The notes under the pieces: generated by a model
Told to the model about the DNA's origin: nothing
The model's database searches: none
What the model saw: the letters and a program-made list of their open reading frames with translations, nothing else
Made by a program: the position numbers and the translations under genes
Shown here: positions 39,901 through 49,517 of the stretch, piece by piece
Layout of the letters: the number at the start of each line of letters is the position of its first letter
Numbering within the stretch: the first letter of the stretch is position 1
Assembly: GCA_027317865.1 (NCBI GenBank)
Contig: DAHVQG010000005.1
Coordinates: 64,001-128,000 of the forward strand
DNA: 64,000 nucleotides
Direction of reading: 5' to 3'
From: Bdellovibrionales bacterium
Lineage (GTDB): Bacteria; Bdellovibrionota; Bdellovibrionia; Bdellovibrionales; UBA1609

Positions 39901-42900
39901 TTGAATCAGAAGCCCGGCTTTTGGGATAAAATCCTTCGCTTTTCTATTAATAACACGCGCATATTAGTTGTTCTGTCGATCTTGTGGTCCGCGCTTGCCA
40001 TTTGGATATTCACAACATTGCCGCTTGGTCTTTTGCCAAGCCTCAACTTTCCGGCGCTGAGTGTCGTGGTCGAGAATCAGGGTCTCACGGCTCAGGAGCT
40101 TGAAAAGCAGGTGGCCTTGCCGGTTGAGTCGGCGATGTCGGGAATTTACAACGTAAAGCGTATTCGCTCCACGAGCGTGTCAAACGTCGCCATGGTGCGT
40201 GTGCAACTCAAATGGGGCGCTGATATTAATCTTGCAAGAGAACAAGTTCAGCAGAAACTGGCGAGTTTGAGAGGGAGTTTGCCCCAAGGTTCGAAAATCA
40301 GCGTTGAAACACTAAGCACAACGCTTGGCGAGGTTGAAAGCTTTTCTCTTACGGGCGGCAAATCGCTTGAGGCGCTTTATGATTTTGCGAAATATCATCT
40401 GCGCCCGGCCTTACTGCAACAAAACGGAGTTTTTCAAGTTTTGATTTTTGGGGGCCTTGCCCCGGAGTATGCCGTTTTTTTAGATCCCGAGAAGCTTGAG
40501 AAATACGATTTAACGATCGGCGATATTCGCAGTGCTATTGCGAAAAATAATGTCGCGACCGTAGGCGGGGTTCTGGATCTCGGTACGCAGAGTTTTGGAA
40601 TTCTACCCCGCACTCGCATGACCAACGTTAAAAGTATAAAAGACACAATTGTTGCGGTTTACAATGACATGCCGATTCGCATCCGCGATATTGCGCAAGT
40701 TCGAAAAAGCCACCTGGCCTATCGCGGGGGCGCAATTCAAGGTGACACGCCTGGCGTGGTAATTCAAATTGTAAGACAGCCAAGCGCTAACGTCGTGGCC
40801 GTAACACATGCCATAGATGAATTTTTTAAACACTACAAGTTACCTGTCGGCGTAAAGATCACGAAATTCTACGACCAATCGGAAGTCGTTTATGCAGCGG
40901 TTCGCGGTGTTGAAGAAGCCGTCGTACTCGGTGCGCTTCTTGTCGCACTTATTTTACTTGTATTTTTGAAAAGTCCGCGAGCATCGCTCGTTGCTTTTAC
41001 TTCTATTCCCACGTCGCTACTGAGTTCCATTGTGTTCATGCGTTATCTACACATGTCGCTAAATGTAATGAGTTTAAGCGCGCTCGCGCTTGCGACCGGC
41101 ATGGTCATTGACGACGCCATAGTGGTAATTGAAAACTTTTTTCGCCATCGCGAACTTTCGCCCCACGACTCGATCTCTGAGGTTTTTCGTCGTGCGGCCG
41201 GTGAAGTGGCTGGGCCTGTATTTTCTTCCACAATTACAACAGTCGCAATTTTTGTTCCGCTCATTTTTTTAACCGGACTTGCGGGTCGTTTATTTTCTCC
41301 TGTTGGCGTAATTGTTTCTATTGTGATGTCCGCCTCGCTTGTTTTTGCATTCACGCTAATACCGAGTGTTGGCCCGCATTTGATTAAAGGCCATCCGCCA
41401 AAACCGCACGTCAGCGGGCTGACCGAGCTCTATTCAAAAATTCTTCACTGGGCGCTCAAAAGGGGTTGGCAAATTGCTCTCGTCGTCTTCATTTTGTGTT
41501 CAGGTAGTCTTTGGGTGCTGACGCGGCTGAATCGTCGGTTTCTGCCTCTTCTTGACGAGGGTTCAATATTAATGAACGTCGACGGCCCGCCGTCGAATTC
41601 GCTTCATGAAACAATGCGAACGGTAGAACTACTAATTCACCATGTTTTGTACGCGCATGATATCAGAACAATTGTAGCGACTATCGGACACGCTCCGGGA
41701 GCGCAGGACACCGACACAATGAGCCACTCGGATGTCGTGGCCCGGCTTGTTCCGCCTCATGATAGGACAAAAACGATTCAACAGCTTTTTAAGATATTTC
41801 GCAAACGCGCCAAGAATTTTCCGGGCGTAAGCGTTGAGTTTACGATGCCACTTCGAGATAAAATCAATGATGCCATTGGCGGAGTGCCGGCAGCGATTGG
41901 CGTTAAAATATTTGGCAACAGTTTGAAGACTCTTGAGCATTTAGCGAACGAAGTTGCGGCAAAGATGGTCCACATCCCTGGTGTGCAAGATCTTCAGCCG
42001 AGTTCGATGGTACCGGTACCGTCGCTACAGATCGCGCTGCGAGAAAAGCAAGCCGATGAACTCGGTGTGACACGCGCGGATCTCAACGATGCCGTACAGG
42101 CCATGTCTTACGGAGTTGAGGCGACCAAAGTTCAGAAACTCTATAGTGAAGTCCCGTTGATGTTACGGTTCGAGGGGACTGACGATCATATACCGACACT
42201 GCATTTGAATGAGCTTAAGAATGTGCCGATTCAAACAGCCGACGGCCGTTATGTTCCGCTGTCTCAGGTGGCACGGCTTAAATTTGTCGATGTGCCAAGT
42301 CGAATTGAACACGAACACGCCATGCGCTACGTAACTGTGTCATGTAACGTGTCGGGTGCAAGTACCCAGAGTGTGGTCGCTAAAATAAAACAGATGTTAG
42401 CACAATTGCATTTGCCAAATGGCTACTATTACAGACTCGGAGGCAGTTATGCGGCTCAATCCGAGGCGACAAGCGGAGTTTCGTCCGTATTCTTTGTGGC
42501 CATTTTTCTTGTTGCGGTGATTTTATGGATGGAATTTCAATCGATAAAAGAGACATTGCTTGTTTTGCTTACAATACCGCTGTCGACAATTGGTGCAAGT
42601 CTTGCGCTATGGATGTTTCACCAAACACTCAATATTTCTTCGTTGATCGGTCTTGTTATGTTAGTTGGGCTTGTGCTTCGAAACGGTATTGTGCTTGTTG
42701 ATTACATTCACAAAGAGGTTTTTGAAAAGGGCGCGCCGCTACATTTTGCCATAGTACAGGGGGCAAAAATTCGTTTGCGCCCAATTCTAATGACGGCTCT
42801 AAGTGAAACTCTCGGTCTGTTGCCGCTGGCACTTGGAATAGGTTCCGGTTCTGCTCTCGAAAAGCCGCTTGCCATCGCGGTGATCGGCGGATTGGTTACG

Positions 42901-42984
42901 TCGACATTTCTGACTCTTTTTGTGCTGCCGATAGGTTACGAGCTACTCTTTCATTCGCGGAACAAGTCTCCGGTCGCGGATTAA
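39901..42984 (+). CDS. RND efflux permease (CusA/CzcA-like)
   Basis: TM4 GMVIDDAIVVIEN, GLAGRLFSP, LRNGIVL and RLRPILMTA motifs; 1027 aa. Confidence 0.93.
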   Translation: MNQKPGFWDKILRFSINNTRILVVLSILWSALAIWIFTTLPLGLLPSLNFPALSVVVENQGLTAQELEKQVALPVESAMSGIYNVKRIRSTSVSNVAMVRVQLKWGADINLAREQVQQKLASLRGSLPQGSKISVETLSTTLGEVESFSLTGGKSLEALYDFAKYHLRPALLQQNGVFQVLIFGGLAPEYAVFLDPEKLEKYDLTIGDIRSAIAKNNVATVGGVLDLGTQSFGILPRTRMTNVKSIKDTIVAVYNDMPIRIRDIAQVRKSHLAYRGGAIQGDTPGVVIQIVRQPSANVVAVTHAIDEFFKHYKLPVGVKITKFYDQSEVVYAAVRGVEEAVVLGALLVALILLVFLKSPRASLVAFTSIPTSLLSSIVFMRYLHMSLNVMSLSALALATGMVIDDAIVVIENFFRHRELSPHDSISEVFRRAAGEVAGPVFSSTITTVAIFVPLIFLTGLAGRLFSPVGVIVSIVMSASLVFAFTLIPSVGPHLIKGHPPKPHVSGLTELYSKILHWALKRGWQIALVVFILCSGSLWVLTRLNRRFLPLLDEGSILMNVDGPPSNSLHETMRTVELLIHHVLYAHDIRTIVATIGHAPGAQDTDTMSHSDVVARLVPPHDRTKTIQQLFKIFRKRAKNFPGVSVEFTMPLRDKINDAIGGVPAAIGVKIFGNSLKTLEHLANEVAAKMVHIPGVQDLQPSSMVPVPSLQIALREKQADELGVTRADLNDAVQAMSYGVEATKVQKLYSEVPLMLRFEGTDDHIPTLHLNELKNVPIQTADGRYVPLSQVARLKFVDVPSRIEHEHAMRYVTVSCNVSGASTQSVVAKIKQMLAQLHLPNGYYYRLGGSYAAQSEATSGVSSVFFVAIFLVAVILWMEFQSIKETLLVLLTIPLSTIGASLALWMFHQTLNISSLIGLVMLVGLVLRNGIVLVDYIHKEVFEKGAPLHFAIVQGAKIRLRPILMTALSETLGLLPLALGIGSGSALEKPLAIAVIGGLVTSTFLTLFVLPIGYELLFHSRNKSPVAD

Positions 42985-43892
42985 TTGAGGCCACGCCACA
43001 TATCAAGAAATAATTCTTCAGTGTAAGCCGGAAGACCCGCGCCAATTCCAGTTGAGGTATTGAGAACAGGGTTATCGCCGAGCAGCACACCTTCGCCGGT
43101 GAAATTCAAACTCCCGACGTGAAAGCCGAGGTTAAGAATTTTGTTTTTTACGCCAAGAGCGAAATCGGAAACGAGCAACGTTTCGTGTGCCCCAAGAGGA
43201 TAGAAAAATGTGATCATCGAGCCGAATTCGCCGATTTCGTTGATGTTCACAATACCCTGAGTATTGATTGCATAAGGAGTTCGCCCCGTCACATCCAGAC
43301 GACGAATGATTTGTTGAATTTTAGGGTTAGTGAGAATTTGATCTTTTGAAATATAGCCAAATACGCTTGTCATGATCAGTTGATCGCTCGATTTAGAACT
43401 TAAAATTTTTGCTAATTTACCTATTCGAATAAGTCGTGCCCATGCATTTGGAAACCGCACGACCGTTTGAACGACAAACGGGGGTTTAACGCCATTGGGG
43501 TCTTTTAGTTGTACTTGTTCGTGTAGGTCATTGGGATCTAGTTTTTGGATGGTCGCCATACTGTGCAGATAGTTCTTTGTAAATAGCGAGATTGGCTGTT
43601 GCAAAATTGCGGCAAAACTCGCCTGAAAAACGCTCATCGGGAGATGACCATCAGCTATTGGCATGAGAAGCGGGCCCGACGACGGACGCGTAATCCAATT
43701 CTTCCATGAAAAAAGCTGCCAACCGTACCATGGCGTGGATGCCGAAGGCAGTTTGTGGCGCAAGTTAAAATCAAGCGGCATAATTTTAACAGGTGAGCCA
43801 TTCACGACGGAGTTTTTGGCATTTGCATTCGCATTTGTAAATACGCCTGATCCGATTATTAAAATTAAAAGTACAATGAATCTGCGAGGCAT
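42981..43892 (-). CDS. Secreted hypothetical protein coupled to the PBP gene
   Basis: RBS AGGAGGT overlapping the PBP stop; MPRRFIVLLILIIGSGVFTNANANA signal peptide. Confidence 0.75.
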   Translation of the reverse strand: MPRRFIVLLILIIGSGVFTNANANAKNSVVNGSPVKIMPLDFNLRHKLPSASTPWYGWQLFSWKNWITRPSSGPLLMPIADGHLPMSVFQASFAAILQQPISLFTKNYLHSMATIQKLDPNDLHEQVQLKDPNGVKPPFVVQTVVRFPNAWARLIRIGKLAKILSSKSSDQLIMTSVFGYISKDQILTNPKIQQIIRRLDVTGRTPYAINTQGIVNINEIGEFGSMITFFYPLGAHETLLVSDFALGVKNKILNLGFHVGSLNFTGEGVLLGDNPVLNTSTGIGAGLPAYTEELFLDMWRGLN

Positions 43893-43905
43893 AAAAAAAG
43901 ACCTC

Positions 43906-46569
43906 CTATAGAGATGACCGTTCTGGTTTTTCAATTACGCGACTTGACCGATAAGCTTCAACGATTGTGTCGTTATCCATCTTTGATTCAATCTGGCCGT
44001 TATGACGATCGGTGATGAAAAAGGTAACTCCCGGCGGTGGTGGCGGAAACGGTTCGGCTGGAGCGTATACTTTGTAGCTTTGTCGAAATATTTGGGCGAC
44101 GATTGGCGCCGCAACGGTGCCTCCGACCGCATTCTCCCCCATTGAGCGGGGCATATCATAACCCACGTAAGCGCCCACAACAATTTTTGGTGTAAAACCG
44201 ACAAACCAAGTAGAGCGCGAGTCTTCGGTTGTTCCGGTCTTACCCGCGACGTCGGGGGCAAGGTTACTCATGGCCAAAGCCGCCGTGCCGCGAGCCACAA
44301 CCCCTTGCATAAGATAGCGCATTTGAAACAAGGTAATGGGATCAACGCCGGTAATCGGTGTGCGTTGCAAAATGACGCCCTTTCGCGCTGAAATAGAGGG
44401 CGCAATAAACTGAATTTGCGGCAAATAGCCCGTGTCGATCCCCGCATAAGCGCGGCAAATAGAAAGTAAGTTTACGTTCTGATCGCCTAAAATAAACGGA
44501 TAATTTGTATCGGGATGCCTGTACAAACCGAATTCTTTAGTGAGTGCACGAATTGGATTGAGGCCGATGTAACTCATTAAATCGGCAGTCATAGTATTTC
44601 GTGATTGTTCAAACGCCCAGCGCATCGGGCGCGAGCCAACATAATTGTCTTCGTCGTTTTTAGGCTTCCACCGGTGGCCGCCTTTTGCCGTAGCCGGAAA
44701 AACAAAGGGGCCGTCGTTTAAAAGAAAATTAGGTTGAAAACCCGCCTGCAATGCCGCCATGTAAGTAAAAGGTTTCATTAAAGAGCCGGGTTGGCGTTCC
44801 GATAGAGTTCGATTCCAAGCGCTTAGTTGATAACTAAAACCGCCCACCATTGCGAGAATCGCCCCAGTTTTAGCATTTAAAATAATTACGCCGCCGTTAA
44901 CTTTTGGAGGCTGTACAATTTGCCAGCGGTTCGAGTCTTTTATTCGGGTCACATATACGAGATCGCCGAATTCCAAAGGGCGCGCCCAAATGCGGCTTTG
45001 GCGATTGAGGGTTACAATTGAGCCGTTGGCTAGACCGATGTGAAGCATGGGATGATTGAGTACAAGGCCAACTCGCCACGATGAAAGCGGTGGTGGGAAC
45101 TTCACTATCGCGTTTCGCAAAGATTGAAGCCAGTACGGCGTCGAGGTGTCATCGGTGGCGGGTTTCGCCATGGCATTTTGCCTGGACAGGCTCGCTTGCG
45201 TTGCCAAACTTGAACTATTTAGAAGGCTTTCATTCCACAAGCTTTGGGTGCTCTTTTCTTGCGTTAATTTTTGTAATTCTTGAGATTTGTTAAAAGCGAG
45301 GTTGGCGCGTGCCAATTTTACTGAAAGGTTGGTAAGGGGGCCGCGCCAATAATCTCGATGCGCGGATTTTTCATAGGCTTCAAGACCGCTTCTGAGCGCC
45401 TTTTGTGCAATCGATTGCAGTTGATCGTTGAGAGTTGTGCGAATAGGCGCACCGCGAGCGGCGATTCGTTTGAACTCGGCAGGTCCGATTGATCGAATGA
45501 CAAAGTCGCGAAAATAACCAGCGTGATCAAAATCAGGCGGCGCGAAACGGAGATCCTTTTTAACATCAAGCTGAATAGGTTGGGCGATGATCTTAGCTTG
45601 ATACATGCGATCTAACACGAATTGCACCCGGCGCTGGGTTCGTTGACTCGGATACTGATAGAGATTTGGACCCTTGATGATACCGATAAGGTACGCGATT
45701 TCAACAGGAGTGAGATTTTTTACTGACTTGTTAAAATAAGTTTCAGCCGCTTTTTCGATGCCCCAAGAGTCTCGGCCGAAATAAATTAAATTTAAATAGA
45801 GTTGTAGAATTTGATTTTTCGTCAGCTGATGTTCGATTTCACCGGCCAAAAGCATTTCTTCTAACTTTCGGCGGTAGGAGACTTTGTCGTTTAAAAAAAG
45901 ATTTCGCGCCAGTTGTTGCGTTATCGTCGAAGCTCCTTCGAGCCCGTGAGAGGCGTAGCCGGTAAGTAAGGCCCGCACAATCCCGATCTGATCGACACCG
46001 TGATGCTGGTAAAACCTTCGATCTTCTACGGCAACTAATGTTTCGGGGATGGCCGGCGGCATTTGAGAAAGTAGCAGCGAGTCCCGTCGACCCCCGGGCT
46101 TGAAAATGTCTCCGATAACACCTCCGCTAGAAGATAATATATCTACGGCCTGCGGCAGCACCAGGTTGTGCAGATTCCCGATGGGGGGCAAGTTTTCGAC
46201 GACGTTAGTGTAAATGCCCTCTGCACTTTGAATATCTGAGCGGAACGAATTGAGCGCGGTAGGATCGGGATTCGGCCGGCAAAGTTTTTTATAAAGGTCG
46301 ATTAAAAACAGGGGATCGATTTTTTGAAAATTCTTGGAGCTTGATTGCGGCGAAGATGAAACCTTGGTTTGAATTCGGGACCAATTAAAATTTGCGAGAA
46401 TGCCTGCTAGGTTTAAGCTTTTAAGCTGCGGCTGATTGAGTAGCGATAGACACGCGCGACTGTAATCTTTTGCAATTGTTGAAAGGGGCTCCGTTTGGTA
46501 GTCGCGCGGCTTTGGCAGCAAAGGATTAAAGCCGGACAGCGCCAGCATTATTGCAAAAAACCAGGTCAC
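43906..46569 (-). CDS. Class A PBP (PBP1A-like) with an unusual N-terminal domain
   Basis: GT51 motifs EDRRFYQHHG, GASTITQQL, RKLEE and YLNLIYFG; transpeptidase motifs SLMK, SRN and KTGT. Confidence 0.92.
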   Translation of the reverse strand: MTWFFAIMLALSGFNPLLPKPRDYQTEPLSTIAKDYSRACLSLLNQPQLKSLNLAGILANFNWSRIQTKVSSSPQSSSKNFQKIDPLFLIDLYKKLCRPNPDPTALNSFRSDIQSAEGIYTNVVENLPPIGNLHNLVLPQAVDILSSSGGVIGDIFKPGGRRDSLLLSQMPPAIPETLVAVEDRRFYQHHGVDQIGIVRALLTGYASHGLEGASTITQQLARNLFLNDKVSYRRKLEEMLLAGEIEHQLTKNQILQLYLNLIYFGRDSWGIEKAAETYFNKSVKNLTPVEIAYLIGIIKGPNLYQYPSQRTQRRVQFVLDRMYQAKIIAQPIQLDVKKDLRFAPPDFDHAGYFRDFVIRSIGPAEFKRIAARGAPIRTTLNDQLQSIAQKALRSGLEAYEKSAHRDYWRGPLTNLSVKLARANLAFNKSQELQKLTQEKSTQSLWNESLLNSSSLATQASLSRQNAMAKPATDDTSTPYWLQSLRNAIVKFPPPLSSWRVGLVLNHPMLHIGLANGSIVTLNRQSRIWARPLEFGDLVYVTRIKDSNRWQIVQPPKVNGGVIILNAKTGAILAMVGGFSYQLSAWNRTLSERQPGSLMKPFTYMAALQAGFQPNFLLNDGPFVFPATAKGGHRWKPKNDEDNYVGSRPMRWAFEQSRNTMTADLMSYIGLNPIRALTKEFGLYRHPDTNYPFILGDQNVNLLSICRAYAGIDTGYLPQIQFIAPSISARKGVILQRTPITGVDPITLFQMRYLMQGVVARGTAALAMSNLAPDVAGKTGTTEDSRSTWFVGFTPKIVVGAYVGYDMPRSMGENAVGGTVAAPIVAQIFRQSYKVYAPAEPFPPPPPGVTFFITDRHNGQIESKMDNDTIVEAYRSSRVIEKPERSSL

Positions 46570-46727
46570 AATGGCGAACTGTTTAACAGTGGCATCTCAC
46601 GTCCGTCCATCAACACGCGCTAGGATCAAGGGTTCTTTACGGGGGTTTCTCCGCGAAAAGTAAACGGGACGTACATTACTTCCGCCGTTTGAGGGTAAAT
46701 TAACGGTGCTTTATGGATAGTAGGCTT

Positions 46728-46743
46728 TGGCATGCGGGTTGCT
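46728..46743 (+). promoter_or_regulatory. Putative sigma-54 promoter
   Basis: TGGCATGCGGGTTGCT, near-consensus GG-N10-GC. Confidence 0.65.
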
Positions 46744-46750
46744 ATGACTA

Positions 46751-47060
46751 ATGAATGTTGTGTCTGCTGTTGCGATGTTAATTGTTTTCTGGTCGGTTGA
46801 TTGTGAAAGCGTGACTTGCGCTCAGTTTGCGCGAAACGCTCGTACCCGGTTAACGGCCTGAGAAAAAAATGAAATTACAACAGCAGGCACTCTATGTGGG
46901 TAGCCGGTTGTTTCAGTGAATAAACGAAAAATTTTGATAAATGATAAATAGTGAACAAATCAACATAAGAACAAGTACAAACGTGTGCCGTCGCATTTAT
47001 ACCCCCGAGCAAACGTTCAAGGTTAAAATTTTTATCGGTCAAAATCGGCCTCGACTTTAG
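46751..47060 (+). pseudogene. Possible decayed secreted-protein gene, or small ORFs
   Basis: 36-aa ORF with a hydrophobic start (46751-46861), followed by short AT-rich fragments including 46941-47060; no long ORF. Confidence 0.25.
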
Positions 47061-47120
47061 GGCCGATCCGCAAAAATATTCATGGTTGTGGCCGGTGTCG
47101 CAATTTGATATATACTTCCG

Positions 47121-47537
47121 CACAGCTCACTTAAGGTCATCGCGAGTGGCGTACTAAAATGCGCCATTCGAGGAAAGTCCGGACTCCACAGGGCAGCACA
47201 AGGGATAACGTCCCTCCGTCGTGAGGCGAGGAACAGTGGAACAGAGAGAATGTCCAGAGCTTTGATCCGATTAGCGGGAATGGGAGCTTTTCGGGGAGTT
47301 GCTGGAGTGAAAACAGCCAAACTCTGTGCGGAGCAAGATCAAATAGGAGAGCATGAGGCTCGCCGCATTTTATGCGACGAGCTTCGGGCGCGGCCCGCGC
47401 GCGGCTCTCGGGTAGATCGCTGGAGGGTGTGAGTAATCACACTCCTAGAGGAATGACGGCCATGGCCGCGTGTCTCACTTTAAAACATGAGATATCGCGC
47501 CATACAGAATCCGGCTTACGCAAGTGAACTGACTGTG
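47121..47537 (+). ncRNA. rnpB: RNase P RNA (class A)
   Basis: GAGGAAAGTCCGGACTCC and ACAGAATCCGGCTTA universal P4 strands; P1 CAGCTCACTT/AAGTGAACTG; upstream TATACT. Confidence 0.96.
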
Positions 47538-47576
47538 GGGCCGACTCTTTAATCGAGGGTCGGCCTCATTTTTTTG
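47538..47576 (+). terminator. Rho-independent terminator after rnpB
   Basis: GGCCGACTCT...AGGGTCGGCC hairpin followed by a T-run. Confidence 0.7.
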
Positions 47577-48429
47577 ACGGCGACTTTATGACAGTCGTGG
47601 CCGTATCTAAAATTTGGCGGCAAGTCTGCCGCAGACTATAGTTATTGCGGATAGCCCGAGTATTTTTACGAATGAAAACACGAAGTACCTTTTCGATTTG
47701 GCGCAGGTATTTGCCGCCATCTCCGTAGCTTGCAACTGCGGACGCACGAAGCAATTTCTTTTCAATTGACCTAATTTTTTGCGGCGAATAGCTATTGTTG
47801 TACATATCATCGGGAATTAAAACTCCGTAAGTAAATACGCGCCCGAAATTCTTTAATATAGCCATGCTTTTCTCTGAAGCGGCATTTTGTGCGTCAACGT
47901 ATTCTATCCTGGCTTGATTGAAAAATCGCTGAGTCGTCCGGGCTAACGCCTGATTGAGATGTAATACATTTTGGGGGCCATCGAGCGCTCCCCAATATGG
48001 GCTTTTTAAGCGGGCTTGCAGTTTCACTAAAAAAAGAACAGCGCTAAGATTTCGCTGTAGGGGTTCTAATCTGTAATAAACCGGCATGGTTTCGGATAGT
48101 TGATTTTTTCTAACGAATTCACTAACGTTCCAATTGTATTCCAGTTGGGTTGCTAGCCAGTCTGCTAGAGTTAAACGGTAAGAAAGATTCCCCGGTGTAA
48201 TTTCAACTATAAAATCACGCGTTGTTATAGCAAAACGCGGGGTCAAATCGGCGCGTTGTCGGGCAATCCCCCCTTCGCGAGCTTGCAAGGCGCGCTCAGT
48301 GGTTTGGGCGACATCTGTGATAATTTGTTGCACATATTCGCGCTTAGAAATTTTTTGCTTTGAATTTGAAGCAAAACAAGGCGGTGAGAAAATTAATAAT
48401 AATACAAAGGACAAAATCGGGGGGCGCAT
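47566..48429 (-). CDS. Secreted hypothetical protein
   Basis: Signal peptide MRPPILSFVLLLIFSPPCFA after GGAG. Confidence 0.6.
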   Translation of the reverse strand: MRPPILSFVLLLIFSPPCFASNSKQKISKREYVQQIITDVAQTTERALQAREGGIARQRADLTPRFAITTRDFIVEITPGNLSYRLTLADWLATQLEYNWNVSEFVRKNQLSETMPVYYRLEPLQRNLSAVLFLVKLQARLKSPYWGALDGPQNVLHLNQALARTTQRFFNQARIEYVDAQNAASEKSMAILKNFGRVFTYGVLIPDDMYNNSYSPQKIRSIEKKLLRASAVASYGDGGKYLRQIEKVLRVFIRKNTRAIRNNYSLRQTCRQILDTATTVIKSPSKK

Positions 48430-48572
48430 CACTTTTATCTCCGAACTCGCACATTGTGCTTCGCTGGCCATTTTAATGGAACTGCAATTCGGGCGCGAGA
48501 TGTTGTGAAATGATTTCTCGAATGTCGACGGTTTGGTCAAATTTAAATTATTAAACCGTCAGATTTGAGACA

Positions 48573-49517
48573 TTATGCCTTTTTTCGAGCGTAAACGACA
48601 AGCTCTGTTCCCAATTGTTGGGGTAGGGAATGTTGCCACCGGGTCCAGTATAGAAATTCAAATTTGGTCTTTAATAGTTCGCGAATTTCCCACTCGGTAG
48701 CGCCAAACGGCGCACAGTAAGCACGATCCATAACATTGAATATGGCAAGCAGATGGCCATCAGCCAAAAGAAGCCGCGACCACGCGTCAACGGCCTCCAA
48801 GCGCTTTGCCGGTGTAATGGAGCAAAGTAGGGTGTGCTCAAAAACAAGGTCGAATTCACCGCGATGTATTCTTGCAAAATCAAGCGCCTCGCGCGTGTCG
48901 ACATCTGTGACAACATGACCTTGCTGGGCAAAATGCGCGGCCCCTGAACCAGATGGGCTATCGAGCACGCAGATTCGTGAAACGGGCAATTTAATTTGTG
49001 GCAATATTGAACTAAGTAACGACTCGACCGGCGGATTCGATTCGTTGGGAGTAATAATTTTGCTTGCTGCGCCAGCCTCGATAGGCGTATTCGGCTCAAG
49101 CGGCTCAATTAAAAATCGCCGGCCATGAAAACTAAGCGATTCGTCGTCATATTCGTCAGCCAGATCAAAAAGATCCATTTGGGCCGAGCGAGAAAAAATG
49201 ACTGGCAGATTGGTATTTGTGCGCGCGTGAAATCGATCCCACAGATCAACGCGAAATGAATCAAGTGAAAGTTCGGATGTTAAACCGTAAGGCAAAAGAG
49301 CCCGTACAATTCCGGTTTTCGAAACACTCTCGATGTGGCGGGCCACAAGGGGTTCGTCAAATGCTTCGACTAAAATCTTGAGCGTATTGTCGTAGACGTA
49401 AAACACGCGCTTTTCGCAGGTCAGTGTTGAGAGAAGCTTTCGGCCGTAATTTTCATCAGTTAAGCGCACGCCCGACGAAGAAAAATAGCCCTCTTCGTCG
49501 ATTTGAATAAATCTCAT
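48573..49517 (-). CDS. Class I SAM-methyltransferase-like protein (TPMT-like C-domain, degenerate)
   Basis: FDLVFEHTLLCSI...W.RLL..GHLL...PFG motifs; extra N-terminal domain (IDEEGYF). Confidence 0.7.
   Translation of the reverse strand: MRFIQIDEEGYFSSSGVRLTDENYGRKLLSTLTCEKRVFYVYDNTLKILVEAFDEPLVARHIESVSKTGIVRALLPYGLTSELSLDSFRVDLWDRFHARTNTNLPVIFSRSAQMDLFDLADEYDDESLSFHGRRFLIEPLEPNTPIEAGAASKIITPNESNPPVESLLSSILPQIKLPVSRICVLDSPSGSGAAHFAQQGHVVTDVDTREALDFARIHRGEFDLVFEHTLLCSITPAKRLEAVDAWSRLLLADGHLLAIFNVMDRAYCAPFGATEWEIRELLKTKFEFLYWTRWQHSLPQQLGTELVVYARKKA

Noticed and set aside
31848-46569. Efflux/PBP block as a genomic island
   Set aside because: No integrase, transposase, tRNA att site or evident compositional shift.
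46744-46800. Cys-rich mini-ORF MTNECCVCCCDVNCFLVG (RiPP- or metallothionein-like?)
   Set aside because: It starts upstream of the predicted sigma-54 TSS, has no SD and no modifying enzymes nearby, and TG-rich DNA yields Cys by chance.
47057-47432. Short ORFs on both strands
   Set aside because: They overlap the RNase P RNA gene.
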